From contig NC_052156.1 of assembly GCF_902713615.1 (NCBI RefSeq), positions 116,103,120 through 116,167,119 on the forward strand: 64,000 nucleotides of DNA. Reading direction: 5' to 3'. Position numbers and translations under genes: made by a program. Of this stretch, positions 1-12,100 are shown piece by piece. The notes under the pieces were generated by a model. The model was not told the DNA's origin. It saw nothing but the letters and a program-made list of their open reading frames with translations, and did not search any database. The stretch is from Scyliorhinus canicula. Its lineage: Eukaryota. The first letter of the stretch is position 1. Every line of letters starts with the position of its first letter.

Positions 1-600
1 AGATTAAAGGTACAGGGTAGCTACTCAGTGACAGAAGATAGAAACTGGGATTCCAGAAGGATCAGTTCGCAATTTATATTAATGATTTAGACGTTCGAAT
101 CAAAACCAACATTTCGATGTTCTCAAATATAATCAAATTGGTGAAGGGTGGGGAGTCAATCCTAAGGATAACTGCAGCAAGTTGCCAGAAGGCAAAAAAA
201 AACTTTCAGAATGGACATATAATTAGCAATTGAATTTCAACGCAGACAAGTGCAAGATATTGCGTTTTGATGAGAAAAATAAGGAGGCCACATATAACTT
301 GGAAGATACGAATCTAAATGGGATCGAGAAATCTTGCAGTACAAATACACAAATCACTAAAAGTAATGATGCAGGTCAAGTAGGCCAAACAAAAGGCAAA
401 CCAAACATTTGACTTTATTTCGAGAGGGATAGAATTGAGAAGTAAAAAAAGTCATGTTGAACTTGTGTCGAACCATGGTTAGACCACACTTGGAGTACTT
501 TGTGCTGTTTGGCTCACTTTGTTATAAAAAGTATATAGAGGCACTGGAGAGGGTGCAAAACAGATTTCAAAGGATGGTGCCAGAATTGCAATGAGGAGCT
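1..600 (+). mobile_element. CR1-type LINE RT fragment, degraded
   Basis: Remnants of GxPxGSV, FNADKCKIL and RPHLEY motifs. Confidence 0.8.
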
Positions 601-853
601 TGCAATACTACGGGGAATGGTTGTGGCAAATGGTATTGACGCACTTCAACTTGAGGGAAACTAAATAAGCGTAAGAGGCAGAAGGGACCAGAGAGTTCTG
701 CTGGCAGGGTCAGAGAGGGAAGAACGAATGGAGACTCGGGTGACATGGTCCAAATAACACCAATAGTTTGTTTCACTTTAATTCTATGCAATGTGGTGCC
801 ATATCAACCTCATTACTACCTTCATCCAAACATGGAGAAAAGAGCTCAATTTT

Positions 854-1160
854 GGGTGGCAGGGTGGCACAGTGGTTAGCACTGCTGCCTCACAGCGCCA
901 GGGACCCGGGTTGAATTCTGGCCTTGGGTGACTGTGTGGCGTTTGCACTTTCTCCCTGTGCAATCCTGGGTTTCCTCCGCATACTCCGGTTTCCTTCCAC
1001 AGTCCAAAGATGTGCAGGTTAGGTGGTTTTAACGTGCTAAATTGCCCCTTGGTATCCAAGGATGGGCCGGGGAGTGGGCCTAGGTAGGGTGCACCTTCAG
1101 AGGGTCGGTGCAGACTTGACGGGCCGAATGGACCCTTCTGCGCTGTAGGAATTCTGTGGT
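854..1160 (+). mobile_element. tRNA-derived V-SINE (HE1-like) with CR1-type tail
   Basis: A/B-box head GGTGGCACAGTGGTTAGC...GGGTTGAATTC, V-core GGTTTCCTCC...CCACAGTCCAAAGATGTGCAGG, tail GGGCCGAATGG...TTCTG. Confidence 0.9.
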
Positions 1161-1719
1161 TAAAGAGGTGAGGTGAGAGCGATTGGTATGATATTAGAGC
1201 AGCCTTCGATTGAGTGTGGCATCAAGGGGCCCTAGCAAAACTGGAATTGAAGGGAATCGGGGCAAAAACTCAGTAGTATGGAATCGCTAGTACTGGTGGT
1301 ATACCTGTGCCAGATGGACTTCAGCAATTTAAGAAGATGGCTCATTACCACGTTCTCAAGACCATATTTGGCCTTGTCATTGATGCATACATCCCAGCAA
1401 AGAATAAATAAAAATAAAAAATTCCCAGTGAGGAGACTTTCAGCCCATTAAATCACTGCGAGAGATGTGAATGGAAAATGTTTGATTCAGTTTTGGCTTA
1501 AATGCAGTTATCATTAGCATCTGTCAATGGGTGAATCATTTCAGTGAATACCATGATACCTGAAACTAATTTTATATTTAAACATTGGAAGATTGAGGCA
1601 AGAGAGGAAGAATATTATTAAATTTGTTTACACTGGGTTTGTCTTGCTGATACGTTAATTATTTGTTGGCTTATGAAGCATGTGAACATCTATATCGTAA
1701 TGTTATTAAAGTTTATAAG

Positions 1720-2340
1720 AATGAGAGGAGGTTGAATCTAGGCTCAATTATAATTAGTGGAGCATGGTTATCTCAGAGCACGATTGTCACAGAGGGTTGT
1801 GGGGCTGAGGGAGATTGCAGGGATATGGAGGGGCAAGGCCATGGAGTGGCTAAAAAAAAAACAAGGCTGAGAATTTTAAGATCAAAGGTTTGGTTATTTA
1901 GGAGGCAATGTCGATCGGCAAGGATCGGTTGGATGAATGGGACTTGCACGAGTTAGAAAGCGAGAGGCAAACCTTTGGATGACCTCCAGCCTATGGAGGG
2001 TAAAATGTGGGAGGCCAAACGAGTGCATTGAATAGTCAAGCCCAGAGGTAAAAAAGGCATGAAGGAGGGTTTCAGCAGCAGATGAGCAGATGCAGGGCTG
2101 GATTGAGGCGATTGTTACGGATGTGGCAGTAGATGTTCTTAGTAAGATGCAGAAATGTGATTGGAAGCACATTCTGGGTTCAGATATGATACCGACGTTA
2201 CTAACTGTTTGTTTTGGCTTCAAGTAGTTGCCATGACGAGGGATGGAGTCAGTGGCTAGGGAGTGGAATTTGTAGTGAGGCAAATAGCTTTGGCCTTCCC
2301 AATGTTTAATTGGAGAAACTTTGTGCTCATTTGGTGGTGG
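1720..2340 (-). mobile_element. L2-like LINE 3' fragment
   Basis: Minus ORF contains AAETLLHAFFTSGLDYS, a typical L2 ORF2 C-terminal motif. Confidence 0.7.
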
Positions 2341-2344
2341 ATGT

Positions 2345-2970
2345 TGATGGTGAGGCATTCAACAATGGTAATGCTGTTGAATGCCAAGGGGAGTTGCTAC
2401 GATTCTCACGCTGGAACTGGTCATTGCCTGGCACTTGTATGACATAAATGTTATTTGTCACTTACAAGTCCATGCGTGAATATGATGCAGGTCTTGCTGC
2501 TTACAGGCACAAGCTACTTCATCAAAGTGGAGTTGCAAAAGGTACTGAGCACTTTAACATCATCAGTGAGCATCCCCACCTCTGACCTTATGTGCAGGGA
2601 AGGTCATTGATGAAGGGGTTGAAGATGGTTAGGCCTAGAATGTTCCCCTGAGGACCCTTGAGTAATATTCTGGTGAAGAAATGATTGACCTCCACCAAAT
2701 GCAACCATGTTCCTTTGTGTTAGGTATGACCCCAACCAGTGGAGAGTTTCCCCCTTGATTCCAAATAAGTTCAACTTTACTAGGGTTCCTTGATGGCACA
2801 ATCTGTTGAATGCTGTTTTGATGTCAAGGGCAGTGTCACTCTCCCCTCATCTCTGGAATTCAGCTCTTTTGACCATGTGTGGACTAAGGGTGTAATGAAG
2901 TTTGGAGCTGTGCCCCTGACAGAACCCTGACTGAGCATTGGTGAGCAGGTTAATGGAGAGTAGGTGCTAT
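2345..2970 (-). mobile_element. RTEX-like non-LTR retrotransposon fragment (clade tentative)
   Basis: RT remnant LVKLNLFGIKGETLHWLGSYLTQR. Same family recurs at about 3960-4345, 33530-34690, 42230-43600, 44925-45780 and 51290-53215. Confidence 0.6.
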
Positions 2971-2974
2971 TAAA

Positions 2975-3955
2975 AAAATCTTCAGGTTGGCAGGCTATGA
3001 CAAGTGGGGTACCGCAAGGATCAGTGCTTGGACCAAAGCTATTAACAAACTATACTAATAATTTGGATGTGGGGATTCAATGTCATACTCGGAGGCTTTC
3101 AGACAACACAAAATGAGGTGGAAGTGTGAGTTGTGAGGAGGATGCAAAGGTGCCTCAAGGGGATTTGGAGAAAAATGGCAGATGGAATGCAATGTGGCGA
3201 AGTTTGACGTTATCCAGCTTGGTAGGAAACAGAAATACAAGGTGTATGTGTCTTAAATAGTGAGAGGCTGGTAAGTGTTAAACTTCAAAGGGATTTGGGT
3301 GACTTGTTCATGCATCACTGAAAGCTAACATACAAATAAGAAGGCAGATGGTATATTGGCATTTATTACAAGAGATTTGCATTTAGTAGTAAAAATGTCT
3401 TGCTGCTATTACATAGAGCCTTGGTAAGACCACACTTGGAGTATTGTGGGCACTTTTGGTCACCTTACATAAGGAAAGATATACTTGGAGAGTGCAACTT
3501 AAATCCTGGGATGGAGGGATTGTCCTATGAGGAAGGATTATATAGACTGGGTCTCTAATATTTGGAGTTTAGAAGAATGAGAATTGACCTTATTCAAACA
3601 TACAAAATTCTTACAGGACTCAACCGATGCAGGAAGTATGCTTCCCTTGGCTGGGTAGGCTAGAACCAGGGGACACTGTCTCAGAATAAGGGATAGGCCA
3701 TTTAGAAATTGAGATGAAGAGGGACTTCTTTACTGCGAGGGTGGTGAATCTTTGGATTTCTCTGTCCCAGAGGGCTGTGGAGGCTCGGTCATTCAGTATG
3801 TTCAGTTCTGCGATTGATAGATTTCTGCATAGTAGAAACAATAAGGGATATGAGAATAGTGCAGGAAAATGGTGTTAAAGTAGAAGATCAGCCTTGACTT
3901 CATTGAATGACGGAGTGTGTTCGATGGACTAAATGGCCCACTCCTGCTCCTATGT
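2975..3955 (+). mobile_element. CR1-type LINE 3' fragment
   Basis: GVPQGSVLGP and RPHLEY remnants, and a CR1 3' end (AATGGCC...CTCCTGCTCCTATG). Confidence 0.85.
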
Positions 3956-6807
3956 ACTTCCATCAGTTTGCTGATCGTTGTCAGTAAATTGATGGAATGT
4001 TAATTAGTCAAATGGAATTTGTCCTGATTTTTGTGGATCGCACATTTTGTCAGGCAGAAGCCAATGTTGCAGCGATTCTAGAAGGGCTTGGTCAAGAGTG
4101 TGGCTAGTTCAGAATCACAAGCAATCCAGTCAAGATATTTGTCAGACCTACAGCCTTCGTCATATCCAGTCCGCTCAGCTGTGCCTTGTTGTCACATGGA
4201 GTGAATCGAATTGGCTGAAGACTGGCTTCTGTGATGGTAGGGACCTCAAGCAGAGGCCTGATGCATCAGGCACTCAGCACTTTGAACTGAAGATGGTTGC
4301 AAATGCCTTGACCTTGTTTTTTGTGCTCACTGGGTGGGATATCTCTTATTAACTTGACACTATTAAACCGCCCTAAAGGTGGTTTTATCCTATAGATAAG
4401 TGGAGATGAAAAGCTGACACCAGCATATTCTTGATTGTCATTTCTATGATTCTGTAGTGTAAGGATGAAGCTGCATGTTTATGATCCTAGAAAAAAGCTA
4501 TGTGAACTGGGCACCAAGGTTGGTGACCCCTGAAGTATTTTTGATCAATTAAAATTGATGGACGAGGATCCCAGTGGAGTCTGCTGACCTCTGTGCCTCA
4601 CTTTTTGGATATGTGTCCCCAGCACTAATCTATGTGCCAAGAGTATGAATTTATTCAGTTCACCCTTTATGAGAAAATGTTTCTCAGACATCATACATTT
4701 ATCTTTGCACATACTTCAGCGTGCGTCAATTTGGGAATGAAGGCAGATTGGACCCCGGCCAGGTTTTCTACATTACTTTTGTGCTGTTTTGTGAACCTGT
4801 TTTAATAGCTGAGGACAAACATGGAGCACACCCAATAATAAACAGAACTTACAGATGATGGTGATGGTTCCTGTTGTAAGTTGATGGTCATAGTTCAGTA
4901 TTATTAAAGTATTTGTTGTCTTGGGTAGTTAGGTAATTTGGACCTTCTGAATTCTCCCTCCAGGTACCCGAACAGGCGCCGGAATCTGGTAACTAGGGGA
5001 TTTTAACAGTAACTTTATTGCAGTGTTAATGTAAGCCTACATGTGACAAAAATTATAATATTAACTGCTAGAAACTGTATACACAAGTACAGTAAAGGTC
5101 CAGGTTAAGTGCTGTCTTCCTGCTTGCTTCTACACATGGCTCTATTCAACACTAGGCTGACCCTTAGATGTGAGTGACGTGTTCTCTTACATTATTGTGT
5201 GGATGGTACTGTACTCAGTCCTCTGTTAGACCTTTATGTGACAGTCCCTTTTATACTATAGTTTCCGCTGAAGTTTTGACATGTTATTCATGGACAGACA
5301 AATCCTGGTTGTTGTACAATTATGTTTGGAGCCTATTCTCAGGAAGTCCACCTCTAAATTTCCTCCCCCTCCAGTACTTTCTCCTTCAAAAATGTCCCAA
5401 GTTTTTCAGTTCACCACCCCCCCCCCCCCAATCATTTTAATCTTTCTTTTCAGAGTTCAGTTCTGTTTTCCATAGATTTATTTGTGATGTGTATCGGTGT
5501 TTTTAAGTATTAAAGGCATTATGCAAATGCGAGTTGCAAATATTGATAAGAACTAAAGCATAACCTCTCTAAACAATGTTACTACTTTTGCAAGACCAAT
5601 TTTGTGGAAACATATAAGCGAGATATTTTTCTTTGAGTTGGCATTGAACCTGGTTATGTTTTGCCAACTTGAAAGCAAGTTGAAGTTGTGCCATAAATTC
5701 TCTTAAAGTACTGTTGTGTAGCAAAAGTTACTGTTGTGTGGTAAAAGTTATTTTACTTTCTGGTGTACACCTCCCTTGAGATACAGCCTCATTGATTGGT
5801 ATTTTAGGGCACTGTCTTCTAGATGACGGGATGTTCGGTGCTACCAACAGCACACCCCACCCGTGGGTTTCATGGTGGCAGGGTGCTGGATTCAATGGGG
5901 ATTTCTATTGACAGTGGTGGGATCGTAAGCTCCCGCTGCCGGCCAATGGCGGGCGGCCTCTCGCCGCCGAGAAACGGGGGGAGGCCAGAGAATCTCGTTC
6001 TTATTTTAGTACCTGTTGATTTTCACCAATTATTTGCTGGAGAAATTAAGAAAATGAGCCTGAAATGAATTTAAACGCAACATAACACAAACATTCAAAC
6101 TTTAGCGGCTGATTACTTCCACACTTACTACTAAATATGCAGCGACGAGGCCAATCAAAGGATACCCTTGTCCCTGTGACTTGTAAAGGGAAATAGTTAA
6201 AGAAACTTTGTGGGGAAGTGTTATTAGCCTTGACACGGGTCGCAGTAATTAAGTGATCATCAGAAAGAGCAGCATAAAATGTTGTCCTCGGAGAGAATCT
6301 AAATCCTTCACACTGATGCACCGAATAGGTTCTGGAACATTGTAGTGCTGGATTTATAAAGCAGCCATTGGGAACCTCTGAAAGTTACTGCTTATCATTC
6401 AGTTATAAGGTCAGAAGGGTGAACTCATTGAGACAGTTCTCCCCGATGTGGAGCCTCACTCGATGGGAATGCAGATTGAAGAGGGGGCGAGGAGTCAATG
6501 CAGCATGTTTGTTGAGGGTTTTCCAGCAATTGAAATCCACTGACCTCCCTGCCTCCTGCTCTTGAGTTTCTACACTACACGAGTGCAGCCTCGCTGAACT
6601 CCCAATCCAGAGAAAGAAAATCTAACTAAACTACAACCAGCTGAGCTAACGGATGGAAAGGACAAGGCATCAATAAGGGCAATCGGTATGAAAAAATAGC
6701 GTTTTCAGAAAAGTGAAGTTCTGTCACCATTATAACTGGTTGTGAAGGGAAGCAAGCTGGGTTATTGTCTTTCAGCCTAATGATTCCTTCAGTCATACCA
6801 TATAGAC

Positions 6808-7173
6808 CAGGGGTGGGCAAACTTTTCCGTGCAAGGGCCACATTCAGAAATTCTCAATTCACAAGGGGCCGCATAGTATATTAAGTAAAATAATTACTTC
6901 ACCCGGTTATGCTTCTGGGCGCCTCATATAGAACATAGAACAGTACAGCACAGAACAGGCCCTTCGGCCCTCGACGTTGTGCCGAGCAATGATCACCCTA
7001 CTCAAGTCAACGTAACCCAACAGCCCCCCCCCCCCAGTAACCTTAAAAAAAATTAAAAAAAAAAAAAAATTTTTTTTAAAAATTTTTTTTTTTTTTTTTA
7101 ATGACTTGGTGGGCCGCAGAAATACCTTTGGCGGGCCGCATGCGGCCCGCGGGCCGTAGTTTGCCCACCCCTG
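6808..7173. mobile_element. hAT/Charlie-type MITE with captured SINE tail (copy 1)
   Basis: Perfect 16-bp TIR CAGGGGTGGGCAAACT. 8-bp TSD ATATAGAC (6800-6807 and 7174-7181). Subterminal GCGGGCCGCATGCGGCCCGC palindrome. Confidence 0.95.
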
Positions 7174-8090
7174 ATATAGACAGACCAGTGAGAACACTCC
7201 ATATGAAGCAAAGTGCGAGAGAAGCTGGAAGGATTCTGAATACAGTGAAACAGTCCTGGATTATCCAAAAACAAGGAAGGAAATATCTCTAGAAACAATG
7301 TCCTAATTGTACCAATATTCTGTTCAGTAACATAAGCATATGGCACCATGTGGCTAGGGCCAAACGCACATTGTCCAGATGACAGCTTTGTGAGTGAGTG
7401 GAAAGAGTGTCACACCGGCTGGACTTCAGCAGGGATTATACATCTGCATAGACTTCAGTTTTTAATGTGTGTGTCAGCACTGATTCCATATTGATGGCAA
7501 TTCAGGGAAACTTGCTGGATGGGCGTAATGCTGGGTTTTGCACCCCATCCAATTTACTCTGCATTAAAGTCACTGGTGTTCTACCTCAGTCTGTAAGTTT
7601 CTTGCAGGGTAAATTGGGTTATAATTACAGTTAAGTGTCTCTCTGGCTTATTTGAGTAACTCACACTGGTGTTCAGTGCAGAGTTGAAGAGGGCACAATA
7701 GACAAAATATCCTTTTGTGAGACACAAATCCTGTACGCTCTTAATTCCTGTGATTTAATCATAAAAAAAGTAGTTTTGTTTTCATAAATAGCACTTTTGG
7801 CGCCAAGCTAAATGAGGGTTTCAGAATTCCTTTTGCAATTAAATTTTAAAGCTTTCTGCGGCTTGAACACGACTTTATAAGCAAAGGTTGTCAAAACTGT
7901 GTGTTTGGGGAACTTGGGCAATCTCTGAAGTGTTTCGTATTGGGGCAGTGCCTCATTAAGAGGTCAAGGGTTTGTTCTCTTACTTTCCTAAATTTCTCAT
8001 GCAATGTATGTACTGTTGTTAAATTTAAAATTCACCAGAACTGTCGACATCAACACTAATTAAAGACTTCTTTTTGATATAAACCATCAG

Positions 8091-8164
8091 AGTCAACCTA
8101 TCGCCACCAAGCAACTATTGATGATGAAGCAGTTTCTATGGAAATCTTAGACACAGCTGGCCAG
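8091..8164 (+). CDS. RERG: RERG internal coding exon (74 nt)
   Basis: Acceptor ...ccatcAG| and donor CAG|GTAAGT. Translates (E)[24 protein letters not shown], the RERG segment with the G3 DTAGQ motif. Ends in phase 0, compatible with the next exon. Confidence 0.95.
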
Positions 8165-8623
8165 GTAAGTTAGTAACACAGACCCTCTCTGATGTCTTCA
8201 TTAGACTTGTTACTGTACCCTATTTATTTACTTCCTTGACGATTTTCTCTTTTAATCTATTTTCTGCATGCACGCTTGAAAACTCGTCAGAAGAAGGTAT
8301 GGGATACTATCATGCATAGCTGCTAGTTATACTCCGAGGCCCATGTATGTGCACATGCATAGGTATTTACACATGCATGTACACTAGTATGCAGTCAGGT
8401 ACACACAAAGCAGAGCAGGTCTGTATAAATAGGGATGGGATTTGAAGTATGCACCCAGGTTCAAAGATGTGGCCCTTTTAGGATGCGGAGAACTACCCGA
8501 CCAAATTCACTCATCTGAAGAATTCATCAGCTTCAGTCTCTTCAGGGTCTCCCTGCGTGCTGGCTCCATGGTATTGGGTGCAAAGTTACGTGCTTGCAAA
8601 TAGTGTTTGTAGCCATATTTGAG

Positions 8624-8966
8624 GGGCGGGATTCTCCGAAATGGAGGCAGTGTCCGTACCGTTGTGAACGGCGTCGTGTTTCACGACGGCGGGAAACGGG
8701 CGTGGGCACTACCGATTTGGCGCTGGAGCGGTTCATGCCACTCCAGCCTCCCTTCCTGGCATCAACTGGGCGCCACGCCAACGCGCCGGCCCCGAAGCAA
8801 CATTGCATAGGGGTTCAGAGGCTGGTCGCGTAACCAAATAGGGACGGGGCTGGAGAGGCCGGCCCGCCGATCGGTGGGCCCCGATCATGGGCCAGACCCC
8901 CCCGCCTCCCGGTGTCGGAGCCCCCCCCCCCCACAGGCTCGGTGCGGGGCTCGGAGAATCCCGCCC
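8624..8966. mobile_element. PIF/Harbinger-type GC-rich MITE
   Basis: Perfect TIR GGGCGGGATTCTCCGA / TCGGAGAATCCCGCCC with 3-bp TSD GAG. Confidence 0.88.
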
Positions 8967-8974
8967 GAGATGTC

Positions 8975-9520
8975 TACTGCACTGCAACAACAACTTGTTT
9001 TTATGTAGAGCTTATATCATAGGAAAATGGTCCAGACGCACTTCACAATTCGATATCAGACAACAGTGATAGCCAATGAAGGTCATTTTCGGAGATTGAT
9101 TTAAAACAAAGTAGTCAAAGAGGCTGAGTCAGAACGGTTTGGGGAGGGTGTCCCAGAGCTCAAGATTTGCAAGGACGCCCCTGGCGGTGCCCAGTGGTGG
9201 AGAACGAGTAAGAGGTCAGAATTGGAGGAATGTAGTCTTCTCAGTGGGTTGTAGGGCTGGAGAAGGCTACAGATATGGAAATGTGGAAGCCAGGCAGGGA
9301 TTCAAACATCAGGATAAGAATGTTAAATTTAAGACATCAATGGGCCAGGAACCAAAGTGCTTCAGTGAGTGCAGAGACGATGGAGATAGGAAAACTGGAC
9401 TTGTCGTGAGATATGGGCAAAAGGTTTTGCATTAGCTCAAGACTGGAATTAGAAGAGTCTAACAAAAGCAAGGATGAGGTGGTCAGTATTATGGAGCTGG
9501 AAGTAAGTGGGCTTTGTGAC
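8975..9520 (-). mobile_element. Degraded L2-like LINE 3' fragment
   Basis: Resembles the 1720-2340 and 13950-14850 fragments. Confidence 0.5.
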
Positions 9521-10302
9521 GCCTGCTAGTGCAGAGTTTGATCTGCATGTTCCATAAGAGAAATATTCCTTTTAGGAAGTACAGTGAGGCTCAAGAGATG
9601 CATTTTCTTCATTATTCATGAGAACGTTGGGTTAATGGGGATTATATGCATCTTGTTTAATTATCTAATCTCTCTCTTTCTCTCTCTCACATCAAAACAA
9701 ATCACCAGAATTCATTATTGTCCTGCATGAAGACTGATGAGTTTCCCATAAAGAATGGGAACTTTAACAGTCCTTATCAAGTACACATTATTTATTTACT
9801 GCAATATACTGTAATCCTGACGCACAAACCCAGTCACATTTTTGCACTCAATTACTTCAAGGCCATTTTAAATCATGCGGAGATGTTTCTTTCAGTTTAA
9901 GAGTCTGAAATTTATCTTCCTTAACGTTAAGAGTGTCCTCGAAGGAGTGTCATTTTGTGTGGGTGGATAGCATGGAGCATGCACAACCGAAAGATAAGGA
10001 CTGCAGAGCAGCTCGGCATTCACTGAAATATTCTCTCATAAATGCTGTTAAATTAATGCAACCATTCTCAAGTGGTTTACCGGATGTAAAAACAACCGTT
10101 GTCATAGGTTTTAAATTATTGTGTGTTACACTTCATTTAAATCTGGAACCTGGTTGCCTTAAATCACTTCAGGAGAGATTACTTGCTTTGATACATGAGA
10201 AATGTTTACAGGTCTGTCACAATGGAATATCACATCCAAGGTATTCTTAGAGATTCTTGTTTGGTTTGGACTCAAACGTAAGTGATTTTCATTTCAATTA
10301 AG

Positions 10303-10815
10303 TCAATCATGGAGTTTTACAGCACAGAAAAAGGCCCTTCAGCCCATCTTGCCTGTTCTGGCCATCAAGCACCTATCTATTCTAATCCCATTTTCCAACA
10401 CTTGGTCCGTAGCCTTGTATACAATGACATTTTAAGTGCTCATCTAAATGCTTCTTAAATGTTGTGAGGGTTCCCACCTTTATCACCCTTTCAGACAATG
10501 AGTTCCAGATTCCTACCACTGTTTGTGTGAAAAGGTTTTCCCCAAATCCCCTCTACATCTCCTGCTCCTTGCCTTAAATTTATTTCCCCTGGTTATTAAC
10601 CCTCGACGAAGGGAAAGGTTCCTTCCTCTCTACTCTATCTATGTCCCTCATAGTTTTATACACATCGATTAAGTGCCCCCTCAGCCTTCTCTGCTCAATG
10701 GAAAACAACCCCAACCTAACCAGCCTCACTTCGTAGCTAAAAACCCTCCAGGCCAGGCCAGGCAACACCCTGGAGAATCTCCTCTGCACCCTCTCTAGTA
10801 CAATCACTTCCTTCC
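10303..10815 (-). mobile_element. CR1-type LINE 3' fragment
   Basis: LERVQRRFSRVLPG...RLGLFSIEQRRLRG on the minus strand, with CR1 tail at about 10303-10345. Confidence 0.88.
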
Positions 10816-10857
10816 ATTAACATGGAAAGAATGATTTTTCCTCTTCCGCAATTCCGA

Positions 10858-11192
10858 AGGTGGTGGCACAGTGGTTAGCACTCTGCTTCACAGAACCAGG
10901 GACCTGTGTTTGATCCCGACCTTGGGTGACTGTGTGGAGTTTGCACTTTCTTCCCGTGTCTGTGTGGGTTTCCTCCATGTGCTCTGGTTTCCTCCCACAG
11001 TCCAAAAATAGTTGGATTAGCCATGCTAAAATGCCCCTCAGTGTCCAAAGGTGTGCAGGTTAGATTACAGGAATGGGCCGGGGGAGTGGGCCTGAGATCC
11101 ACTCAGGCCCACACCCCCGGCCCATTCCTGTAATCTAACCTGCACACCTTTTGGGCCAAACAGCCTCCTGTAGGGATTCTATGATTCTATGA
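10858..11192 (+). mobile_element. HE1-like V-SINE with internal fold-back
   Basis: Head, V-core and (ATTCTATG)2 tail. Internal 50-bp inverted repeat at 11047-11151. Confidence 0.88.
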
Positions 11193-11449
11193 CTCCCGCT
11201 GGGCAAGGATCAATGGCCCTGGTACCTTGCCCAAGAAGCCACATTTCACTCCCGAGCTAGTGCAGTCTAAACTAAGCAAGTACACACTGGCTGTATGGAA
11301 CCTTGTGTCCTACCAGTTTGTATTATGAAGTAGTAGGCATACTGCTTGCCAGGATCTGTTCATTGGAATCAATTTTCGGCTTCATCACCAGGGGCACCCT
11401 ATTACCCTGCTGCTCAGTAGATTATTTGATTTTTTAAAAATGTATTCCT

Positions 11450-11758
11450 CCATGAGATGTGGAGCAGCATTTATTGCCCATCCCGGGGGGCATTTGAGAA
11501 TCAACCACATTGCTGTGGATCTGGAGTTACATATAGGTCAGACCAGGTAAAGATGACAGATTTCCTTTTCTAAAGGACAATGACCAGATGTTTTTTTTAT
11601 GACAATGGTTTCATGGTCAGCCTTAGACTTTTTTAATTCCAAAGTTTTTATTGAATTCAAGTTCCACCATCTGCCCTGGTGGGATTCGAACCCAAGAGCA
11701 TTACCCTGGGTATCTGGATTACTAGTTCAGTGACAATATCACTACCCCACTGCCTTCC
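11450..11758 (-). mobile_element. tRNA-derived SINE with RTEX-like LINE tail
   Basis: Minus-strand head with GGTTCGAATCCC B box. Tail GGGATGGGCAATAAATGCTG is shared with the LINE 3' ends at 33560 and 33910-33960. Partial second copy at about 54515-54735. Confidence 0.7.
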
Positions 11759-11884
11759 CTAGGAGTACCATCACAGCTACAATTGTCTCTGTCCTCACCC
11801 ACTGTCACTCGGCGTTTAGGCAAACAGAGCAGCCATTTTGTACCCAGCAAATCAAATGTGCTCTTGGCAGTGTTGTTTAAGGGA

Positions 11885-12055
11885 GGAATGTTAACCAGGC
11901 ATTTGGAAGAACTCCCTATTCTTTGAACGGTGACTCAAGATCTTTTGCATCCACCTGCCAGCAGGTAGACAGGGTCTTGTCTGCCAACTCAGCACAGCCT
12001 CAGTGCTGCACTTTAGAGTCAGCTGAGAATTTCTGTTCAAATCCTTGGGTTGATA
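11885..12055 (-). mobile_element. Old DeuSINE/SacSINE-like fragment
   Basis: Similar to fragments at about 13000-13190, 35275-35418, 39465-39522 and 41363-41510. Confidence 0.55.
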
Positions 12056-12072
12056 TGGGTAGCTTTCTCGCC

Positions 12073-12100
12073 GGGGGGGGGGGGGGGGGGGGGGGGGGGG
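12073..12100 (+). repeat. Poly-G run
   Basis: About 28 consecutive G. Similar runs near 36590, 49800, 54870 and 58740. Confidence 0.9.

Noticed and set aside
854-930. tRNA-like A/B boxes, here and in many other places
   Set aside because: All are SINE heads followed by SINE bodies. No complete tRNA gene was recognised.
1-8090. Upstream RERG exons (G1 box, LVVRFLTKRFIWEYDPT)
   Set aside because: Not found. They probably lie before the window.
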